From: an uncultured virus (IMG/VR IMGVR_UViG_2788500181_000007)
Lineage: Duplodnaviria > Heunggongvirae > Uroviricota > Caudoviricetes
Virus record (IMG/VR): IMGVR_UViG_2788500181_000007
Strand: one strand, 5' to 3'
Length of the DNA: 64,000 nt
This document shows positions 29,973-39,685 of the stretch, piece after piece. The notes below the pieces were generated by a model, which made no database searches, was not told the origin of the DNA, and worked only from the letters and a program-made list of their open reading frames with translations. Numbering within the stretch: the first letter of the stretch is position 1; each line of letters begins with the position of its first letter. The position numbers and the translations under genes were made by a program.

Positions 29973-30338
29973 CTAACTATACAGCTTTCTAGCCATGGGA
30001 AGTAATTCCCTAACCGCTGAGTTGAACCAGTGCCAATGGCTCTCTGTTGGTAGTTGGCTTACATAGTGATATACGGATTTGTTGTCTTTCGAGAAGGAGA
30101 CTTGGCAGTGTCCCCATCTTCTACCGTTTGGCCACTTGGGCACGAGCCTGAATATGATTTCATGCGCGTTTGCCATGATAGTGAGGCCGATGGGTAGGTT
30201 GCACATAAGCGTACCTGCTTTGAGTGTGTGTAGCTGTGCTGTTATCTCTTCGGATTTGATGTTTATGTTGAACCGTTTGTTACTTTTCCAGTGTACGGTT
30301 TGTTCTTCGTTATCGGGTGAGGTAATCGAGGAGGTCAT
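29973..30338 (-). CDS. Hypothetical protein
   Basis: 121-aa ORF in the operon. Confidence 0.55.
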   Translation of the reverse strand: MTSSITSPDNEEQTVHWKSNKRFNINIKSEEITAQLHTLKAGTLMCNLPIGLTIMANAHEIIFRLVPKWPNGRRWGHCQVSFSKDNKSVYHYVSQLPTESHWHWFNSAVRELLPMARKLYS

Positions 30339-32628
30339 TGTTATGTAGGTTGCTTTGTTTTGGGTATTCGTATGGGTGGTTGTAGCATTTGAGCATTGGA
30401 TGGGCTTTGACTACAATTTTTGCGAAGCATGGCGTGTTTTCGTTTAGCTTTACCGGTGATTCGTTTTGTAGTAGGTGGTTTACATATGCACATGCTCGTA
30501 CTCTTGCTGAACAAACTTCCGGTGTAGTTGCGTTATGCGTTATATCGTATGTTGGGTTGGTGTCGTAGTATTCATAGCGATCGAGTTCAAGCTTACGGAT
30601 TAGTTCTTCTTTGGCCGGGAATGCTTTGTGTGTTTTGCTTGCATGTTCAAGAGCTTTCCATTCGGGTTCGGATGTATCCCACCACGATGGTGCGTCTTTA
30701 GAGTGTGAAGCGTTGTTTTTCCGGTTCTTGAGTATTCTTTTGTGCTTGGTGTCTGATTGTATGAATCTTTTGAAGTGCTTTGCATACCACGCGTCTAGTG
30801 TTATCCATTCTGCATCGAGCTTTTTGATGAAGTGCTTTTTAACACCGTGTATGATTGGCGTGTCTGTTATATTCAGCAGATCACATAGATGTTTAACTCC
30901 ACGAATGATACATTGTAAGTTATCTTGTTCCAATACTACTTGTCTGTTGTGCCAACTGTACCGGTCGAGCGGGATATATATGATTTCCGTTTCACCAAAT
31001 CCGTTGAAGGGGTGAACTTCGCTGTCTTCTACGATTCGACCAGACGCAAGTGCTGACGCTTGAATACGGCAAGTGTCGAGGCGTTTGTATTCTTTAACAT
31101 TACCGTCTTTGTCTACGACTTTGCGATCAGCTTTCATCGGTGCTACATCCATGAGATCATGATCAATGGTTAGTTGATGATAGTGCGTGCCCCATGTTTC
31201 GTTTAGCTTGCGCTTTTTTAGGAACTTGTGAGGTAGTGCGTTAGTAGTAGCCCAAACATGTGCGTTAGTTAAGTTCGTGTCTTTGTCGGGATTGAGTTGG
31301 TTCGTGTAGGTTATTGGAATGACATAGTATCGCATTTCATTATCCCAACCATCTTGATCTTGAATCGTACGGACTCGACGGGTTGCGTTAGCTTGGGTGA
31401 TCTCATCGGCATTGTAGGTGAGTATCTTCATTTTGGAATTCAGTTTGATGACATGCTGTTCTTCCTTTGCATTGGTGTAGTCTCCGGCTCTCCATCTATG
31501 CTTTCGGAAGTGTGCGTTTATCTTCATTCCTGTGCTGAATTGTGTTCGTAGATCCATACCTTTGAACTTCAGTTTGGCGAAGATTAGGTTGTGCAGGTAG
31601 GATGGCAGTGGATCGAGTGCTTGCTTGGATAAACGAGCTGCGTCGAACATGGAGTCTGAGTCTGCGATTTGTTCTTGTACATTATTGACCATGTCTTGCT
31701 TGATCCTATTGCATTCGACACTGATGCCTTGGATAGTTTTGTCTGTGTATTCCAATGATTCCCGCGACGCAGCGATATCGAGTGCGCCGATTGGGAAATG
31801 CATTACTAGGTTTTTGGATACGATTAGATTGCGTGTCCATTCATCGAGGCTATTGGGTAGCAGACTGCTGTCGATTTGGTAAGGTATGTTACCCATGAGC
31901 GCGATTGCTTTACCTTCAGCTCGACGGTATTCGTGACCTGAATTCGGTGATATGTGTTCATTGAGTAACCAACGATCTCCGAACATTACCGCTTTTTGTT
32001 TTTTGAATTCCATATCAACATTGAGTACAACGGGTAGTGGCTTGAACCATTTGAAGAGCTTATGTGCTTCCGAAACGAACGACTCTATGTCTTTAGGGTT
32101 TACCGGTATGATGACTTCTGTGCCTTGAGGTTGGCGACGGTCGGTTATCTCATCTACCTTGTACAAAGAACCAATGTTGGCTTCGTCAATCGATGCGGTC
32201 CAGTGTGTGGTTTTGTTCTTTTGGTAGGTTACGATATCGAACATGTCGACCATACAGAACGCGGCCTTGCAACCAATACCTAAACCACCTGTTTGCTGGT
32301 TGGTTTCTCGTTTGGTTGATGATCCATACATAATGAATGTGTCAAGCATATCTTCATCAGGTATGGAGTCAGGTGCGTAGTCTCTTATGCGTAGGCGTGG
32401 GTCTTCGAGAGTAGGCATGGCGATTTGTATTGGCTTGTCCATACCTGCGTCGATGTGAGCATCCATTGCATTGATTGTATATTCCCGTAGCACGGCGAGG
32501 TGTTTATTGGTGTATAGTTTATTGCGCAGGATGTTTATGATGTGTGACATGTTTTCCGATTTGATGCCGAAGCTACCTGCGGAATTCATGGATGATGTGA
32601 TCTTTCGATCGGGTGTACTTAGTTTCAT
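30310..32628 (-). CDS. rIIA: RIIA-like protein (N-terminal GHKL ATPase)
   Basis: LRNKLY...AVLREYTINAMDAH, YGSSTK, GGLGIGCKA, GTEV, LDIAASRESL. Confidence 0.88.
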   Translation of the reverse strand: MKLSTPDRKITSSMNSAGSFGIKSENMSHIINILRNKLYTNKHLAVLREYTINAMDAHIDAGMDKPIQIAMPTLEDPRLRIRDYAPDSIPDEDMLDTFIMYGSSTKRETNQQTGGLGIGCKAAFCMVDMFDIVTYQKNKTTHWTASIDEANIGSLYKVDEITDRRQPQGTEVIIPVNPKDIESFVSEAHKLFKWFKPLPVVLNVDMEFKKQKAVMFGDRWLLNEHISPNSGHEYRRAEGKAIALMGNIPYQIDSSLLPNSLDEWTRNLIVSKNLVMHFPIGALDIAASRESLEYTDKTIQGISVECNRIKQDMVNNVQEQIADSDSMFDAARLSKQALDPLPSYLHNLIFAKLKFKGMDLRTQFSTGMKINAHFRKHRWRAGDYTNAKEEQHVIKLNSKMKILTYNADEITQANATRRVRTIQDQDGWDNEMRYYVIPITYTNQLNPDKDTNLTNAHVWATTNALPHKFLKKRKLNETWGTHYHQLTIDHDLMDVAPMKADRKVVDKDGNVKEYKRLDTCRIQASALASGRIVEDSEVHPFNGFGETEIIYIPLDRYSWHNRQVVLEQDNLQCIIRGVKHLCDLLNITDTPIIHGVKKHFIKKLDAEWITLDAWYAKHFKRFIQSDTKHKRILKNRKNNASHSKDAPSWWDTSEPEWKALEHASKTHKAFPAKEELIRKLELDRYEYYDTNPTYDITHNATTPEVCSARVRACAYVNHLLQNESPVKLNENTPCFAKIVVKAHPMLKCYNHPYEYPKQSNLHNNDLLDYLTR

Positions 32629-32662
32629 TGGTGTGTATTTGTATGTTAGTGATGGTGTGCGG

Positions 32663-32890
32663 TTATTCAGAGTTCCAGCCGACTATGCAGAGCTTGAGCT
32701 TGACCGTGTTTTTGACATAGTCTTTTCGCATGAATGTCTCGCATATTTCTTCGAAGTCTAAGTTGCTTTCGAAGTCTTCTACGCGTAGTTCGATCCATGC
32801 TCCGCCGTCGTGTGGGAACCAATCGTGATCTCTGAGTTGTTCGAGTTGGGTGTTTGTTAGCTCAAACTTTGCTGATGTTTTAGTAGTCAT
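32663..32890 (-). CDS. Hypothetical protein
   Basis: 75-aa ORF preceded by the repeated GCACTATCATC-ATG motif. Confidence 0.6.
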   Translation of the reverse strand: MTTKTSAKFELTNTQLEQLRDHDWFPHDGGAWIELRVEDFESNLDFEEICETFMRKDYVKNTVKLKLCIVGWNSE

Positions 32891-32948
32891 GATGATAGTG
32901 CTCGAGGCCTTTTAGAGAGACTGCCTAGCTCTTTGGTTGCGATTAGGG

Positions 32949-33965
32949 TTAGTTGACCCAGTTGATTGGGCCTGTTGTGAATGATTGGTTTGTGTCTTCG
33001 GGTTTCCAAGCGAAGACTACATATTCGTTGAGTTGGTCATCCCATTGGATGTCGCACTCATGGCCGGTTGAGCAGATGGCATGGTCGATATCTTCCGGGG
33101 TGTTTATGGTGGGTTGGTATCTTTCTATACACTCACTAAGCGTGACTGTGATTCCTTTACGGTATTTCTTTTGGAGCCATTTGACTAGTTTGCGACAGGT
33201 TTTGTTCCATTTTTTGGGCGCTTGGTTGTCGTGCCCATGCAGGCCGTCGGCTACTGGTTTGCGGTCATGTATTTCTTCTAGTACATGGTATCGGCAGACG
33301 CGTAGCTTTTGGTATTCGCTACAATGCGGTACGGATACTGCATCGCGCGGACTGAACTCAACCTTCATAAGTTTGCCATTTCGGCCCCAGCTGTCTGCGT
33401 AGTCATGGCTACCTATGTGAAACCCGGCGGAACAACCATGGTCTACGGAATCATCGACTTCCGTTCGTTTCATCTCTAAGATTTGACCGGGTGAGTTATC
33501 GAATGTACCAGAGTAGATGTCTTTGTAATCATCCCGCACACCTTTATATCCGATGATGTTACCTTGTTCGGTAATCGGCATGTTTTTGTGCTCGAGGAAT
33601 TTGTATAGTTGTTCTCGGCTGTTGTACGATGGGTTTTCCATTAGCTTGTCAAGGAAACGCATGCCCGGCTTTAGGTCTGTTGATCCGATCTCAAGTAGAT
33701 GGATGAGTTTCTTTGCGGCCGAGTTATGTACGGCTTGTCCTTTGTACAGAACGGTGTTTCCGGATATGGTAACATTTCCTTCGGATTGTTTTTCGAAACT
33801 TTTCTTGATGCATAAGGCTTCGGTTAGCTCGTCGCCGAATTTAGCTTTTAGTATTAGTTTCTTGACCGTTTTGAAGTTTGGACATTGGCTAGTTAGTGTG
33901 TGTTGTTTGCCTTCCCAGATTATGGTAAGTGCATTTTCTCCGACGATATTTGGTGGTGTATTCAT
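32949..33965 (-). CDS. rIIB: RIIB-like protein
   Basis: FLDKLMENPS...LYKFL...GYKGVR...GCSAGFHIGS...PRDAVSVP...KLRVCRY. Confidence 0.88.
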   Translation of the reverse strand: MNTPPNIVGENALTIIWEGKQHTLTSQCPNFKTVKKLILKAKFGDELTEALCIKKSFEKQSEGNVTISGNTVLYKGQAVHNSAAKKLIHLLEIGSTDLKPGMRFLDKLMENPSYNSREQLYKFLEHKNMPITEQGNIIGYKGVRDDYKDIYSGTFDNSPGQILEMKRTEVDDSVDHGCSAGFHIGSHDYADSWGRNGKLMKVEFSPRDAVSVPHCSEYQKLRVCRYHVLEEIHDRKPVADGLHGHDNQAPKKWNKTCRKLVKWLQKKYRKGITVTLSECIERYQPTINTPEDIDHAICSTGHECDIQWDDQLNEYVVFAWKPEDTNQSFTTGPINWVN

Positions 33966-34747
33966 AGTAGTGATGATGCCCAGTATAGGCTATTAGTTTG
34001 GTTTTGGATTTGGTCCCAGAATATGTTTCGACTGATCACAGCAGGGACACGGAATGCTTTGGCGTGATCTAGCCAGTAGTTTTCATAGTGGTAGTATTGC
34101 TCTTTCGATACGGTTGAGTTGACATCCGTGAACCCGAAAGCTTTTAACATGTGCCGATCGAGGCATAAGCATTCAGCTTCGTTTGGGTAGATCATTTCCA
34201 ATGCGAAACTAGTTTTGGCATATCCGATTCCGGGTAATGCGTTGACTAGTTTATCTCGATGCTTTTGCCAGTTATCTTGGGGTTTGTTGAACAAGTTTTG
34301 TTCGGTATTCCAAGTTAGTTGGAAGTGCGTGAGTGCATTGGCTTTGATCTCGAACATCCCACCTGATGTACATGATAGTGTACGGCGTAGGTTGGTGAGA
34401 TTGACGGATCCGTATTGGTTTTTGATTGCGGTGAACTGTTCACAACTGCGTTCCCATGGTGTGTGGATTGTGCAGTATGCGAATTTCCATCGGTTTCGTA
34501 TATCTTGGTTGGTTTGTGGCGTTAGCTTTGTCCAATCCTTGATGTATCTGGATATGTTAGACTTTGTTAGACTTGCGAAGAATGTTGTTATACGCTTCTT
34601 GCATGCCCGAGGTATTGGTCGAATATCCTGTCCATTTGTACTCTTTTTTGAGAGTACTGAGAGCTTTGCTTGCTTCGGATCCTGCTTGTTGGGTTCCGTG
34701 TATAAGCTGTGCGAAGCTTTCGTTTTGCGTGTATGCGAGTGAGTCAT
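33962..34747 (-). CDS. HhH-GPD DNA glycosylase/lyase-like protein (start uncertain)
   Basis: LPGIGYAKTSFAL...CLDRHML helix-hairpin-helix plus catalytic Asp. Confidence 0.75.
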   Translation of the reverse strand: MTHSHTRKTKASHSLYTEPNKQDPKQAKLSVLSKKSTNGQDIRPIPRACKKRITTFFASLTKSNISRYIKDWTKLTPQTNQDIRNRWKFAYCTIHTPWERSCEQFTAIKNQYGSVNLTNLRRTLSCTSGGMFEIKANALTHFQLTWNTEQNLFNKPQDNWQKHRDKLVNALPGIGYAKTSFALEMIYPNEAECLCLDRHMLKAFGFTDVNSTVSKEQYYHYENYWLDHAKAFRVPAVISRNIFWDQIQNQTNSLYWASSLL

Positions 34748-35360
34748 CGTGGTCTATTTGTAGGTTGTTGTTAAGTGCGTCTTCGGGCTTTAGTACTACT
34801 TTAGCAAACTTGAGATTATGGGTACCGATCAGATGATCGAATTTACCTCCGAATGATGCATTGAGCATAAAGTTATTCGGTATGGTGTCCATGTGCAGGA
34901 CCCATAGGTCTAATCGTTTGGTGTAGCTGTAGAACTGTGTGTCCGTGTAAGCGTTGGCTAAATCCATCCATGCTTGGAAGTAATCTTCTTTAAAGAAGTC
35001 ACCACCTACATGCGCCCGAACGATCGGGGTTTGCATGTGGTTGTATTCGTATTCCGTATGGATGCTGTCGAGCGAATTGTATAGCAGTTCGTATATGGCT
35101 TTTCTACCTTTCCGTCGGAGTAGGTTGAAGTTGTGCCATCGTTGATTGCGTATTCGTGTATGACGGGCTTCTTGCATGGCGGCATAGCACCGGTATTCTT
35201 GGTGCTTACCGTCTGTAATCTTCCCTGTTTCGGGGTCTGATTTCGCCAGACACATGTGTGCCGCAGGGCATGAAAACCCTGACGGCAACGACATGTGAAT
35301 GATTCGCTTTGGTAACTTAACATTACCTTGGTTCCACTTGATCGAGTGTTTCTGCGACAT
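34557..35360 (-). CDS. Gp88-like (radical-SAM-like, Cys-motif) protein
   Basis: GNVKL...SLPSGFSCPAA..C...CYA...RAHVGGDFF...FYSYTK. Confidence 0.75.
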   Translation of the reverse strand: MSQKHSIKWNQGNVKLPKRIIHMSLPSGFSCPAAHMCLAKSDPETGKITDGKHQEYRCYAAMQEARHTRIRNQRWHNFNLLRRKGRKAIYELLYNSLDSIHTEYEYNHMQTPIVRAHVGGDFFKEDYFQAWMDLANAYTDTQFYSYTKRLDLWVLHMDTIPNNFMLNASFGGKFDHLIGTHNLKFAKVVLKPEDALNNNLQIDHDDSLAYTQNESFAQLIHGTQQAGSEASKALSTLKKEYKWTGYSTNTSGMQEAYNNILRKSNKV

Positions 35361-35562
35361 AATTAGGTCGTGATGTCCAACAGGACCAGCATGTTTTACC
35401 TTTTCTTTTATCCTTAACGCTAATCAAGTTATGATCGCATTTGGGGCATAATACATAGGCAAGCTGAGTTCTGTATATACGGCATGCTTCTCGGAATTCA
35501 TCTTTATCCTTACTTAGTTTTGGATTGTAGATGAGTTGAAGAGCTCTGCCGTGGTTCATCAA
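35323..35562 (-). CDS. Small zinc-ribbon protein
   Basis: CPKC...CWSC. Confidence 0.55.
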   Translation of the reverse strand: MMNHGRALQLIYNPKLSKDKDEFREACRIYRTQLAYVLCPKCDHNLISVKDKRKGKTCWSCWTSRPNYVAETLDQVEPR

Positions 35563-36422
35563 TCGTTATTGTAGTCAGCAGGGTACACATCGCGGAGTTG
35601 TGCTCCGGTCAGTGGGTCGCGTTCGATGATTTCGGCGTCAACCACATTGTCTAGGACTAGTGGGGCCATTTCATTTTCCAACCGGTCGAGTTCTTCTTGG
35701 GCGAACTTGTCCATGATAGTGTGGAATCCGATTGTGCGTTCAGGTAGTTGTCGTGGGCTTGACTTCGCGACTTCAGTAAACGCATTGAAGAGCGACCATG
35801 CATTGCGGGGTTCGAACTCTTCGTGACTCGGGTTGAGGTATTCATCCCGTACCGCTGTGAACTTTGAACCGGGTAGGATGTTTTCCCACACGGTTTCGCC
35901 GATGACTTCGATTGCTTGCTCTTGGTCAACCGGAGTTGCCTCGTAGGCGGAGTAGCGCATTTCTTGGAACTTCCACTTGTCGTTCAGTTGGCTGACCATG
36001 TGGCGAACAAGGTTGGGCAGGTCACGCATGATGTGTGCGGTATGCTTCCGGTTCATTTTGATTTCACCTGAGAATGCGAGGTTGTCGCAAACGAACACTC
36101 TAGACCCGGCAACTAGGCCAGCACTAAAGTGTTTGATGTGCGAGTTACGCAAACCTACTACATTTTGAAACAGTGTGTTACCGGCTTCGTTGGTCTTTTC
36201 CACTTGGAAGAGGGCGAACAAGTCGTTTCCTTCGTGGTTGAGTCCGTAGTTGGTGTCTGTAATCGTGAGCCCGGATTCGACGAGAGCGTCGTTAACTTCG
36301 TCGACGAACACATTATGTTCGATCGGGACATGCGTTTGTGTTGATGCGGGGGTTTGTACGAGACAGACATCGTTGTGCGATGCGTGTATGCCTCCGCAGT
36401 GGAGATATGGTTTATTACTCAT
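35559..36422 (-). CDS. DUF932/DUF945-like protein
   Basis: LRNSH...AGSRVFVCDNLAF...RKHT...NAWSLFNAFTE; ATGA coupling at 36422. Confidence 0.8.
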   Translation of the reverse strand: MSNKPYLHCGGIHASHNDVCLVQTPASTQTHVPIEHNVFVDEVNDALVESGLTITDTNYGLNHEGNDLFALFQVEKTNEAGNTLFQNVVGLRNSHIKHFSAGLVAGSRVFVCDNLAFSGEIKMNRKHTAHIMRDLPNLVRHMVSQLNDKWKFQEMRYSAYEATPVDQEQAIEVIGETVWENILPGSKFTAVRDEYLNPSHEEFEPRNAWSLFNAFTEVAKSSPRQLPERTIGFHTIMDKFAQEELDRLENEMAPLVLDNVVDAEIIERDPLTGAQLRDVYPADYNND

Positions 36423-36655
36423 ATTATTGTAGTTAGTTGTGGTGTGTGTACTAGTTTTGTTGTCCAACCTTGGATTACATAGTGCGGTTGGGATTTTTTA
36501 TTGTATTTCGAGTTGGTGGGTACCTTGATGTCGACGGCGTCGGTTAGCAGGCATTCTCCTCGATAGTGAACTGTTAGTTTATCGTGATGCTTGTTGTAAT
36601 GGTACCAGAAGCGATACTTACGCAGACTTGACGGTGCTGTTTTTGACTTTTTCAT
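36419..36655 (-). CDS. Hypothetical protein
   Basis: RFWYHYNK...LTVHYRG.C motif; packed in the operon. Confidence 0.6.
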   Translation of the reverse strand: MKKSKTAPSSLRKYRFWYHYNKHHDKLTVHYRGECLLTDAVDIKVPTNSKYNKKSQPHYVIQGWTTKLVHTPQLTTII

Positions 36656-36989
36656 GGGTGTTTGTGGTATCTTCCCATGAGCTTATTGGGTCTGGTAGGA
36701 TATCGTATTTGGTTCCTTTGCAGGAAACCTCAAGTACGGTATCTAGATTCAAGGCTCTCCATCCTTTGCGCATATCCCATTCAATACCGGCCATGTGTGG
36801 TAGTATGTAAATAGGGATAAGGCTGTTGTCGTTCTTGTTTATTTTTTTGCCTGTTCTTTTAATTCCTTTTAGGACATGGCGTCTGGCGTTAGCATTTCGT
36901 ATGTTTCCATCTTTCGTTATCCATTTGACATGGAAGATTGATGATCCGAATGAACGGATAACATCGTGTAGTTTTGTGCGGTGTGTCAT
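36618..36989 (-). CDS. WYL_2/Sm-like SH3 beta-barrel protein
   Basis: IFHVKWITKDGNIR...KGWRALNLDTV. Confidence 0.6.
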   Translation of the reverse strand: MTHRTKLHDVIRSFGSSIFHVKWITKDGNIRNANARRHVLKGIKRTGKKINKNDNSLIPIYILPHMAGIEWDMRKGWRALNLDTVLEVSCKGTKYDILPDPISSWEDTTNTHEKVKNSTVKSA

Positions 36990-37579
36990 TATTTTACTTT
37001 TTGTGTGTTGTTTTGTGCGTTGGTTGCTGATTGCCAGATACGATTATCTAGATCTGCGGGGCATATGCCCATTTGACAGGATGTGCCTAAGAACAAAGCT
37101 TCCCATGTGATGTAATCATCTATGGTTTGCGGAGTTATTTTGGGCACGAGATGTGCGAGTTTGGGGTATGATGCCTTGAGCCACTTTAGTATGTGCGTGT
37201 CTAAGACCGCTACTTCGGCGAATGCTCTTGAGTGGGCAAGGAAGAAGCTCGCTGTCTTATTTCCTATTCCGGGTATGTTAGTTAGGGCTTTGCGTTTTAT
37301 AGTTCGCAGGTGGCCCGGGCTTATGTTTTTACGAATGTAATCCCAGCATTTGTATATGCGTTTGTATTGGCCTATTCCAACTTTGCGAAGTTCTGCTTGT
37401 ATGTGTCGTCCATGGGATCGCAGTAACTTTTTTGTTGTTGTGTTTGTAAACAGCTCGTTGAATTTTTTGGTTTGTACATCTGAGCGTTTACCGGCAACTA
37501 CCGTTGTCCATAACAGGAAGTGCATTAGTTCCGTTGGGGTGCGTTGGTAGTTAGTGATGTTGTTTTGGTCTATGGTCAT
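36989..37579 (-). CDS. HhH-GPD DNA glycosylase (Ogg-like)
   Basis: LTNIPGIGNKTASFFL...AVLDTHILKWL...ADLDNRIW. Confidence 0.82.
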   Translation of the reverse strand: MTIDQNNITNYQRTPTELMHFLLWTTVVAGKRSDVQTKKFNELFTNTTTKKLLRSHGRHIQAELRKVGIGQYKRIYKCWDYIRKNISPGHLRTIKRKALTNIPGIGNKTASFFLAHSRAFAEVAVLDTHILKWLKASYPKLAHLVPKITPQTIDDYITWEALFLGTSCQMGICPADLDNRIWQSATNAQNNTQKVK

Positions 37580-37759
37580 GATGATAGTGCGTATGAGACC
37601 AACATTAAGGTTACTAGGCATATCAGTATGAATGCCCAGTCGGTGTGATGTTTTTGCATGGTGTGTGTATTTGTATGGTTAGTGTTTGGAGAGTAACTCT
37701 CTCCACGAAAAATGCCCTGACCCGCTTTTGCCTGCGAGTCAGGGCGTGGTTGGATTGGT

Positions 37760-37999
37760 TTACCAAGTAGTGCAGTGGTCGTATGGGCGACGCTTCTTGT
37801 TGTTCATGAAGCGAAGCAATCGTTCTGCGTCTTGGAGTACTTCGGGGTCGGCGAAGGTAACTTCTCTTTCGGGAAGTCTGCCTTTACCCGGCAGTGTTAT
37901 GCGGATTGGGTATCGGTGTGCAAAGGTTACTAAGTCCTGAACCGGCGGGGGTAGGGTTAGTTTATCTTTGAACCATGCTGTTTTACTTTTGCTCATCAT
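37760..37999 (-). CDS. Hypothetical protein
   Basis: 79-aa ORF coupled to the upstream gene. Confidence 0.5.
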   Translation of the reverse strand: MMSKSKTAWFKDKLTLPPPVQDLVTFAHRYPIRITLPGKGRLPEREVTFADPEVLQDAERLLRFMNNKKRRPYDHCTTW

Positions 38000-38913
38000 T
38001 TAGCCCTCGGGAAGTTCTCCATGGAACCGTTGAATCTGTTAGGTGAACGATGCAGGGTTTGACCTTTGCGAACGGCGTTCCATACACGGATTAACCCGGC
38101 AAGTACGGTTGGCCATTTCCATTTGTGATCTTTGGGGCCGTGTGCTTGCTTGATTAACGCATTCCGTAATTGCAGGATTGGGTTATCGTGAGCAAGGTTG
38201 TACCCGTGTACTACATTGTCCATGAAGGCGTCGGCCATGATTGGGTCGATTTCCCTGAATATGTATAACGCTGTGGCAGTGTTGGCATTGGAGCTTACCG
38301 GATTGATTGAGCTGTTGTATGAGCAGGCGGTGTCAACGGCGTCTGGCAGTTCGGGGTACTTTGAGACAAGCAGGTCTTTCCATGTTTCGTTCGGGTAGCG
38401 TTCGTCTGAACTTCCCCAAGTCATGGTTCTTGTCTTGTACATATCAACAAGCTTGACTGTTCTTGCTAGTGCTGAGGTATTTATATAACCGGCGATTCCA
38501 AGGACATCGCTCAAAGAACGCTTTTTACCTTGGTCTATTGTGTCGAACACCTCGGGATCGAGTCCGTAGATGACATGTGTTCGTATGGTTTTTTCAGCTT
38601 TTACTACTGCTGTTAACCGGTGTTGGCCGTCTAGTAGGATTTCTTTACCGTCTTTTATCCCAATCTTTATGGTTTCGCCGTTGTTTACCCACCTGTTTTC
38701 CCGGATCGTGGTGGCAAGCTTGAGCGTATGGCGCTCGTTTATCTTGCGGTTATTCGGGTTGGTTGCAAGTAACTGCTTTGCTCGGGCAGGCGTGATAGTT
38801 TCCACGCGTGATGGAGTTTCTCCTGTTGGTTCACCAAGCATTTGAGCCATGGTTTGGTTTGCAGGTAATGCGTATGCTGGTATTCCGTTGTTGTGTGTAT
38901 TTGTAGTATTCAC
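37996..38913 (-). CDS. ParB-like (DGQHR) domain protein
   Basis: ITPARAKQLL..N.NNR...LLDGQHRL...FDTIDQGKKRS. Confidence 0.78.
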   Translation of the reverse strand: MNTTNTHNNGIPAYALPANQTMAQMLGEPTGETPSRVETITPARAKQLLATNPNNRKINERHTLKLATTIRENRWVNNGETIKIGIKDGKEILLDGQHRLTAVVKAEKTIRTHVIYGLDPEVFDTIDQGKKRSLSDVLGIAGYINTSALARTVKLVDMYKTRTMTWGSSDERYPNETWKDLLVSKYPELPDAVDTACSYNSSINPVSSNANTATALYIFREIDPIMADAFMDNVVHGYNLAHDNPILQLRNALIKQAHGPKDHKWKWPTVLAGLIRVWNAVRKGQTLHRSPNRFNGSMENFPRAK

Positions 38914-39161
38914 TTACTTTCCTTTCTGTTTATTATGGCTGTCGCGAAACAGCCGTGTTGGTTATTAACCATGAGGATTCCGCCTTCCGCCATTTCCTTG
39001 GCGAACAGGTGTTGGAACTCGTGGTTTAGTACGATTTCAGGATCGATCCCGATTTCGTTCATTCGATTCATTATAGCTACAGGCAAGCTTGCGTATGTTT
39101 CCGTGACGCATTGCTCGTCGAATAGCTCATAAATAGTTTGTGGATCTCCGAAATGGCTCAT
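38910..39161 (-). CDS. Hypothetical protein (MSHFGDPQ...)
   Basis: Start/stop overlaps at both ends. Confidence 0.55.
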   Translation of the reverse strand: MSHFGDPQTIYELFDEQCVTETYASLPVAIMNRMNEIGIDPEIVLNHEFQHLFAKEMAEGGILMVNNQHGCFATAIINRKESK

Positions 39162-39457
39162 GTTACCCAGTGGAATTTGGGGATTTCTCTTTCGTATCCG
39201 TCGCTGTCGTACATACCTGACCAGTTTTCGATGTGTTCTGCGTGCAACACATCGTTGAATGTGGCCATTAGTAGGTGTTGTTCGTTTGTCCATTTCTTGT
39301 TACTTGCGGGTAAGGTGTCGCGATACTTTTCTACGGCACGCTTAAATGCCCAGTAGTTGTCGCGTAGCTCAAGTTGATCTTCGTTGATTGCGTCGCAGAG
39401 TACTTGTCGTGCCCAGAACTTTAAGTTTGAGCTTAGTCGTGTTTCCATTGTGTCCAT
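39158..39457 (-). CDS. Hypothetical protein
   Basis: 99-aa ORF preceded by GAAAGGA. Confidence 0.6.
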   Translation of the reverse strand: MDTMETRLSSNLKFWARQVLCDAINEDQLELRDNYWAFKRAVEKYRDTLPASNKKWTNEQHLLMATFNDVLHAEHIENWSGMYDSDGYEREIPKFHWVT

Positions 39458-39485
39458 GTCTAGTTAATCCTTTCTGTTAGTTGGT

Positions 39486-39522
39486 AAAAAAAAACCCGCC
39501 AGCCCCAAACAGGGCTGACGAG
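39486..39522 (-). terminator. Rho-independent terminator downstream of the ncRNA locus
   Basis: CTCGTCAGCCC...GGGCTGGCGGG plus T9. Confidence 0.8.
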
Positions 39523-39531
39523 TAGGTGGCG

Positions 39532-39681
39532 TTACGGGTGAAACTCTAACGCTAAGTACCATTCGTACCTAGCAACCATATTTTCCATGAACCTAAGTCC
39601 ATCTTCNCCTAGGAACGGGGTTTTATAATGCATTTCAAGCGCGAGCTTGAAGTTTTCGTATGTTTCTTTGTTTATTAGCAT
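39532..39681 (-). CDS. Small hypothetical protein (49 aa, MLINKETY...)
   Basis: ATG 4 nt after the CCA of the tRNA-like RNA; ends before the terminator. Confidence 0.45.
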   Translation of the reverse strand: MLINKETYENFKLALEMHYKTPFLXEDGLRFMENMVARYEWYLALEFHP

Positions 39682-39685
39682 AAAG

